Notes under the pieces: generated by a model | Database searches by the model: none | Seen by the model: the letters and a program-made list of their open reading frames with translations, nothing else | Told to the model about the DNA's origin: nothing | Assembly: GCF_900129635.1 (NCBI RefSeq) | Contig: NZ_FSRB01000002.1 | Location: forward strand, 2,894,498-2,934,497 | DNA length: 40,000 bases | Direction: 5' to 3' | Source: Singulisphaera sp. GP187 | GTDB taxonomy: Bacteria; Planctomycetota; Planctomycetia; Isosphaerales; Isosphaeraceae | Part shown: one piece after another, positions 35,786 through 40,000 of the stretch | How the letters are laid out: each line of letters begins with the position of its first letter | Numbering within the stretch: the stretch's first letter is position 1 | Made by a program: the position numbers and the translations under genes

Positions 35786-38148
35786 GAAGGCTTGACTGCG
35801 GCACAACAGGGACCACTGGACGGCAAACCCCTCCAGACTGGTCGGCATTCGGGCTGCTCCCTCCCTGGGATCAGGTCGTAGAACTCCTTGCCCCAGCGAC
35901 CCGCCCCCGATCAATCCAGGTCAAGGCTCTCGGCGAATTACGGGTGTTGGACGGGCGACGGAACTTGATCGTGGCGGCCCCAACCAACGGAGGGAAGAGC
36001 CTCGTCGGCCTGCTGATGCTCCTGGAGGCAGTGCGGCGAGGCCGACGTGCCATCCTGCTCGAGCCCCTGCGGGCAATCGCCCGGGAGAAGTATGACGAAT
36101 TATCACCGCTCGTCCCCGGGCTCGGGCGTTTGCTGGGCCGTCCGGTCGAGGTCCGCCTGACCACCGGCGACTATCGCCTGGACGACGAGTTCTTCTCGCA
36201 GGCCCCTCCAAGGTCGGGTGAGCTGATCATCGCGACTCCCGAGCGGCTGGACGCGATCCTCCGTAACGCGGCCCACGAGGATTGGGTCGCCACGATCGGG
36301 GCAGTCTGCCTGGACGAGGCTCACCTGATCGGTTCGACGCACCGTGGGCCGGTCCAGGAATTCCTTCTCACCTCGCTCCTCTGCCGCCCCGAACCCCCGC
36401 GGCTGATCTTGCTGTCGGCCACAATCGGGCAGCCGGACCGGATTCAAGCCTGGCTCGCTCCCTGCGACGTGGTGCACGAGGGCGATCGGAACCCGCCCCT
36501 GCACAAGGAAGTGCTGGCCCTGGATCCGGGCGAGGATCCCTCCCAAGCATCGGTCGATTGGGCCCGGAGAGTACTGGACGATCCCGGTGCCTCCGCCCTC
36601 ATCTTCGTCTACCAGACGAGGTCGGCCGAGAAGTTGGCCCGACAGATCCACGAATCGATCGACGGGGCGGCGGGGCCGGTGGGTCCGCTGGCTTACCACG
36701 CCCAACTCAGCATGCAACGCCGCCGTGAGGTCCGAGAGGCTTACGCCTTGGGTGATTGCCGCTGCGTGGTGACGACCACGGCGTTGGCCTTGGGGGTCAA
36801 CCTGCCGGCAACCCACGTCCTGGTCCGCGACAGTACGTTTCCGGGTGTCGGTCCCCTACCGACGGCGGAGTTGCTCCAGATCCTGGGTAGGGCCGGTCGG
36901 CAGGATCGGGCCGGTCGGGGGTCGGTCCTGCTCCGCCCCGAAGACGCCTGGCAGCCGTCCGAACTGTCCTCCGCCCTGAGAGACGAGACGGTCCTTCCGC
37001 TGACGTCTTCCTTTGATAGATCCATGGCTCGGTTCTCGCGAACTCGGCCTCCCAATATCGCTGAACTCGAGCCGCTTGCCACCGCCATCGCAGGCCTCCT
37101 GGCCCGGTCGCCCGAGGAAGGATGTCGCCTCGAAGACCTGGAAGTCTTCATGCGACGGAGCCTCGGAGGAAGTGGTCTCGTGGGGCTACTCGGCCCAGGG
37201 CTCTCGTGGCTGTGCGATCCGTCCCGTCGGCTCGCCTTTCGGGATGAGCTGGGCCGATATCGCCTGACGGTGCTCGGCCGGAATGCGACCAAAGCCGTCC
37301 TGCCACTGCCGGTCGCGGCTGGCGTGGGGCAGTTGTTTCGGGACCTGCTGAGCCTCGATCCCGAAGACGACATCCTAGCCGGCTGGGGCCCCTTGGACCA
37401 TCTCATCGCCCTGGACCTGCTGTCGGGCCGGTCCCCCCGGCTCCGGAGTTTCAGTCAGCGATTGGGTGAGCAACTGGAGGGCTGGATGGAGGCCCACCCG
37501 GATTCCCCCTCAGTGCTATATCGCCGCTGGATTGTTGGCCAGTCCGGCTTCTCGCGGGCCGAAGAGGTTTTCGGTTCCCTCGGACTGGTCCCCGAGGCAA
37601 ACGGTAAGGTGGACGGGGTCGAGGCGGCACGCCGCATGGCCTATCTGTCCGTTTTCCGGTCGGTGGTGCTCTTAGAAAGGGGCCGGGGACAGGTCATAGC
37701 CGATCTGGAGCGACGGTGGTCCGTGACGGGTCTCGAGGGGGTCGAGGAACGCTGGCGGGACGACGTAATCTGGCTCGCGACGTCATTGGCCCGCACCCTA
37801 GAACTGAGGTGTTTCTATCATCATCTAGTCGAGTCTTGCGGGGCTAACGAAGGGCGAATCCGGAGGGTGCGAGGCATCCTGAGGCAATTACGTCAGCAAC
37901 TCTACGAATTGCAGGACCATCTGAAATATTGCTCACCGTTGGGTCCGGTGCTCCGTGGGCTCCGCCGGGTCATCAATCCCGGCCAGGGGAACCTTGCGGG
38001 GGTGCAGACGATCCGGCGGCTGGAGGAGTCCGGGATCCGGACCCTGGCCGATCTGGCGAAGTCGACGGAGGAGGATCTGGTCCGCCTGGGGATCCAGCGG
38101 CGATTCGCGGCCCAGATCCTGACGTACGTGCGACGTCGGCTCCAATAA
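35782..38148 (+). CDS. Ski2-like DEAD/DEAH-box SF2 helicase with C-terminal HhH
   Basis: 'APTNGGKS', 'LEPLRAIA', 'CLDEAHLIG', 'LLSATIG', 'QILGRAGRQD'. C-terminal HhH: 'IRRLEESGIRTLADLAKSTEEDLVRLGI'. The ATG at 35782 overlaps the HTH gene stop (ATGA). Confidence 0.9.
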   Translation: MRRLDCGTTGTTGRQTPPDWSAFGLLPPWDQVVELLAPATRPRSIQVKALGELRVLDGRRNLIVAAPTNGGKSLVGLLMLLEAVRRGRRAILLEPLRAIAREKYDELSPLVPGLGRLLGRPVEVRLTTGDYRLDDEFFSQAPPRSGELIIATPERLDAILRNAAHEDWVATIGAVCLDEAHLIGSTHRGPVQEFLLTSLLCRPEPPRLILLSATIGQPDRIQAWLAPCDVVHEGDRNPPLHKEVLALDPGEDPSQASVDWARRVLDDPGASALIFVYQTRSAEKLARQIHESIDGAAGPVGPLAYHAQLSMQRRREVREAYALGDCRCVVTTTALALGVNLPATHVLVRDSTFPGVGPLPTAELLQILGRAGRQDRAGRGSVLLRPEDAWQPSELSSALRDETVLPLTSSFDRSMARFSRTRPPNIAELEPLATAIAGLLARSPEEGCRLEDLEVFMRRSLGGSGLVGLLGPGLSWLCDPSRRLAFRDELGRYRLTVLGRNATKAVLPLPVAAGVGQLFRDLLSLDPEDDILAGWGPLDHLIALDLLSGRSPRLRSFSQRLGEQLEGWMEAHPDSPSVLYRRWIVGQSGFSRAEEVFGSLGLVPEANGKVDGVEAARRMAYLSVFRSVVLLERGRGQVIADLERRWSVTGLEGVEERWRDDVIWLATSLARTLELRCFYHHLVESCGANEGRIRRVRGILRQLRQQLYELQDHLKYCSPLGPVLRGLRRVINPGQGNLAGVQTIRRLEESGIRTLADLAKSTEEDLVRLGIQRRFAAQILTYVRRRLQ

Positions 38149-38163
38149 CCCCGCGGGATGAAC

Positions 38164-38190
38164 CCGGGCGAAGGTGGTGGGTTCGCCCGG
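38164..38190. terminator. Perfect 9-bp stem hairpin CCGGGCGAA-N9-TTCGCCCGG between convergent genes
   Basis: Read directly. No U-tract. Confidence 0.4.
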
Positions 38191-38231
38191 AGAGAACGCG
38201 AAACAGCTCACGCCCATCTCGTCGGATGAAT

Positions 38232-39332
38232 TCAGTCATCCAGCCAGGTCCGGAGTCGGGCGTGGCGGAGTCGACCCGATTTGGCCGCTTCGTCCTGGCC
38301 TGTGATCAGAGCACGACGACCCAGGTAGCCCGGGTTCAGGTGTGGGGTGTCCGGCCGATAGGTTTGGGTCATAGCCCGTCTCTCCGTGTCGCTCCATGAG
38401 GAGACCCAGGCGACGGTCCGAACAGACCCATCCGATTGACGGGTGCCGAATTCTAGGGCTCCGACCAACTTCTCGTGACCGTGGCCCGGGGTACCCGGCT
38501 TGGATCCGGTGACGAAGGCTTCGACCGTGGTCTCCCGTTTGCGTTTGAGCCAGTGACCGACCCGACGGCCCGGCTCGTAGGGTTCGTCCAGTTGTTTCCA
38601 GACCGTCCCCTCCCCGCCGGCATCGAGGATACGGTCGTGGATGCTGGGTCGGCCGATGGTGAAGGTCGGGACGGGCTCCAGGTGGGGATTATCTGCCTCG
38701 GCGAGAGCTTGGGTCAGGATGTCGAGTCGGTCCCGGAGTGGCTCCCGGGTGACGTCGGTGCCCCTGAAATTCAGGATGTCGAACGCGTGGAACCGGAGGC
38801 GGTTTTCGGGTTGAGTCTGCATCTGACGGGCCTGCTCGGGGCTGGTGGACAGGATCGCCGTTGCGGCCTGGAGTGGGTGTTGGGCGATGGTCCGGCCGGT
38901 GTCGAGAGATGAGGCCGGAAAGACCAACTCACCGTCCAGGATGCTGCCGTCGAGCCGGGAGAGCCCGGTCGTGAGGTGAAGCAGGTTGGCTTGAAACTCG
39001 CCCAGGCGGTAGGTGACCTCGCTGACGCAACGGCTGGTGATGCGGACCTGGGGACCCTCTACGTGCAGCAGAGCTCTTACCCCGTCGAGCTTGGGGGAGA
39101 CGACCCAGCCAGGTCCGTGTTCGATCCGACGGGCGTCTTCTGGGATGAGATCGGACCAGTTGCCCAGGAGCATGGGCTGGACCTGAGGCGGGAGCGGCCT
39201 GCCTGGGTGGTTCTTGAGCCAATGGTAATTCCGCAAGGCGGCGATGTAGGGTTCTTTGCTCGGTCGACCGTGAGAGGCCACCTCTATCCTGAGGGTGGCA
39301 CATTCCCGTTGCAGTTCGGATAGCGACTTCAT
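38232..39332 (-). CDS. ATP-dependent DNA ligase (adenylation + OB domains)
   Basis: Motif I 'SPKLDGVR', motif III 'LDGELVF', motif IIIa 'FHAFDIL', motif IV 'EGTVWK', motif V 'HWLKRK'. ATG at 39332. Confidence 0.9.
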   Translation of the reverse strand: MKSLSELQRECATLRIEVASHGRPSKEPYIAALRNYHWLKNHPGRPLPPQVQPMLLGNWSDLIPEDARRIEHGPGWVVSPKLDGVRALLHVEGPQVRITSRCVSEVTYRLGEFQANLLHLTTGLSRLDGSILDGELVFPASSLDTGRTIAQHPLQAATAILSTSPEQARQMQTQPENRLRFHAFDILNFRGTDVTREPLRDRLDILTQALAEADNPHLEPVPTFTIGRPSIHDRILDAGGEGTVWKQLDEPYEPGRRVGHWLKRKRETTVEAFVTGSKPGTPGHGHEKLVGALEFGTRQSDGSVRTVAWVSSWSDTERRAMTQTYRPDTPHLNPGYLGRRALITGQDEAAKSGRLRHARLRTWLDD

Positions 39333-39430
39333 GTGTCCTCCGTTCGGTTCTCGTCCCTCCCGCGTACCCCGCCTGAACGCCGCATACTTTGCTGAGGATG
39401 CTTATCCTTCGGGACTGGGGGAGGCGATCT

Positions 39431-40000
39431 TCAGCGGTGGCAGAGACGGCAGCTGGTGCAGGTCATGTCGGGTCGACGCGGGGCGGCGATCTCGGTCGGG
39501 CAAACGACCGAGTGGAGAAGGCGGGAGGTTGGATGGCCCCGAAGGGGGCGAATCCGGAAGACCAGGTCTCCGGTCGGCTGCTCGTCGCGTTCGGTCTGCA
39601 GGTAGGCGACACGCACCCCTGATGGAATGTCGGTGGGAAGCCCGGTCTCGGCGTCGTACGAATACCACAACCGAACGTTCGGCAGGCGGACCAACTCGTC
39701 TAGAGTCTGGGCAATGCGAGGAATCCGCCAGGATCGGGTGTAGGCGTAGAACGTCGTCCGGGGACAGCGGCGTGCGATGGCGGCCCACGAGTCGACGTAA
39801 TCGGCATCGTAGAAGTCGCCGCTGACGTGGATTCGGAGGGTATGCACGCCCCGTCTATGAACCTCGGCGGCTATGCGGACAACGAAGTCCTCGGACTGGG
39901 CGGCAGACAAGTTCCCGGAGAGGCGGGCCTGCATGGCTCGAGTCCTGAACCGCCCCGAGCGGGCGTAGCAGACGCGAGTACAGAGGTCGGATCGGCCGGG
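39431..40000 (-). CDS. Cys-rich hypothetical protein, 5'-partial at the window edge (possibly phage GP88-like)
   Basis: The frame stays open to nt 40000 ('...SDLCTRVCYARSG...'). Contains 'LRIHVSGDFYDADYV', 'YAYTRSW' and the C-terminal 'CTSCRLCH'. The family assignment is from memory only. Confidence 0.55.
   Translation of the reverse strand, partial: PGRSDLCTRVCYARSGRFRTRAMQARLSGNLSAAQSEDFVVRIAAEVHRRGVHTLRIHVSGDFYDADYVDSWAAIARRCPRTTFYAYTRSWRIPRIAQTLDELVRLPNVRLWYSYDAETGLPTDIPSGVRVAYLQTERDEQPTGDLVFRIRPLRGHPTSRLLHSVVCPTEIAAPRRPDMTCTSCRLCHR

Noticed and set aside
1-40000. CRISPR arrays, rRNA or tRNA genes, including a tRNA-type attachment site next to the integrase fragment.
   Set aside because: I saw no regularly spaced direct repeats and no cloverleaf-compatible or rRNA-like segments on reading either strand. 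tRNAscan/Infernal would be needed for certainty.

Overview
High-GC bacterial accessory region; sampled stretches are about 63% GC, and no taxon can be assigned from sequence alone. It reads as a mosaic of defence and mobile-element genes. No rRNA, tRNA or CRISPR array was recognised.

Left part (1-16.9 kb):
- A decayed integrative-element remnant: a truncated dual-HTH/Dam-like methyltransferase and a tyrosine-recombinase fragment.
- A PPP-family phosphatase.
- A 2.47-kb IS with 24-bp terminal inverted repeats and a 6-bp target duplication, sitting exactly on the stop codon of an HTH-WYL regulator.
- A minus-strand gene string with three PD-(D/E)XK-type nucleases and a paralogous HTH protein.
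- An XRE regulator, an SF2 helicase with three N-terminal tandem repeats, a DUF932 protein and an agmatine-deiminase-fold enzyme.

Right part (17.2-40 kb), the main finding: a preQ0 (7-cyano-7-deazaguanine) biosynthesis operon (queC-queE-folE2) runs into a TGT-family (DpdA-like) transglycosylase fused to an uncharacterised N-terminal domain. That gene is translationally coupled to a NurA-like nuclease and followed by a HerA-like ATPase.
- Downstream follow a low-GC orphan 610-aa gene, a UvrD-family helicase and its Cas4/RecB-like nuclease partner. The nuclease is split in frame by an IS630-family element with a TA duplication.
- Further downstream are a second stand-alone DpdA-like TGT coupled to a Ski2-like helicase with a SWIM finger, a tandem-HTH regulator, a second Ski2-like helicase, an ATP-dependent DNA ligase and a partial Cys-rich gene.

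I read this as a non-canonical 7-deazaguanine DNA-modification/restriction (Dpd-like) island. It has no recognisable DpdB (ParB-like ATPase), DpdC or queD, and a HerA/NurA pair sits in the position where an ATPase partner would be expected. All function calls rest on motif reading by eye; no database search was possible.
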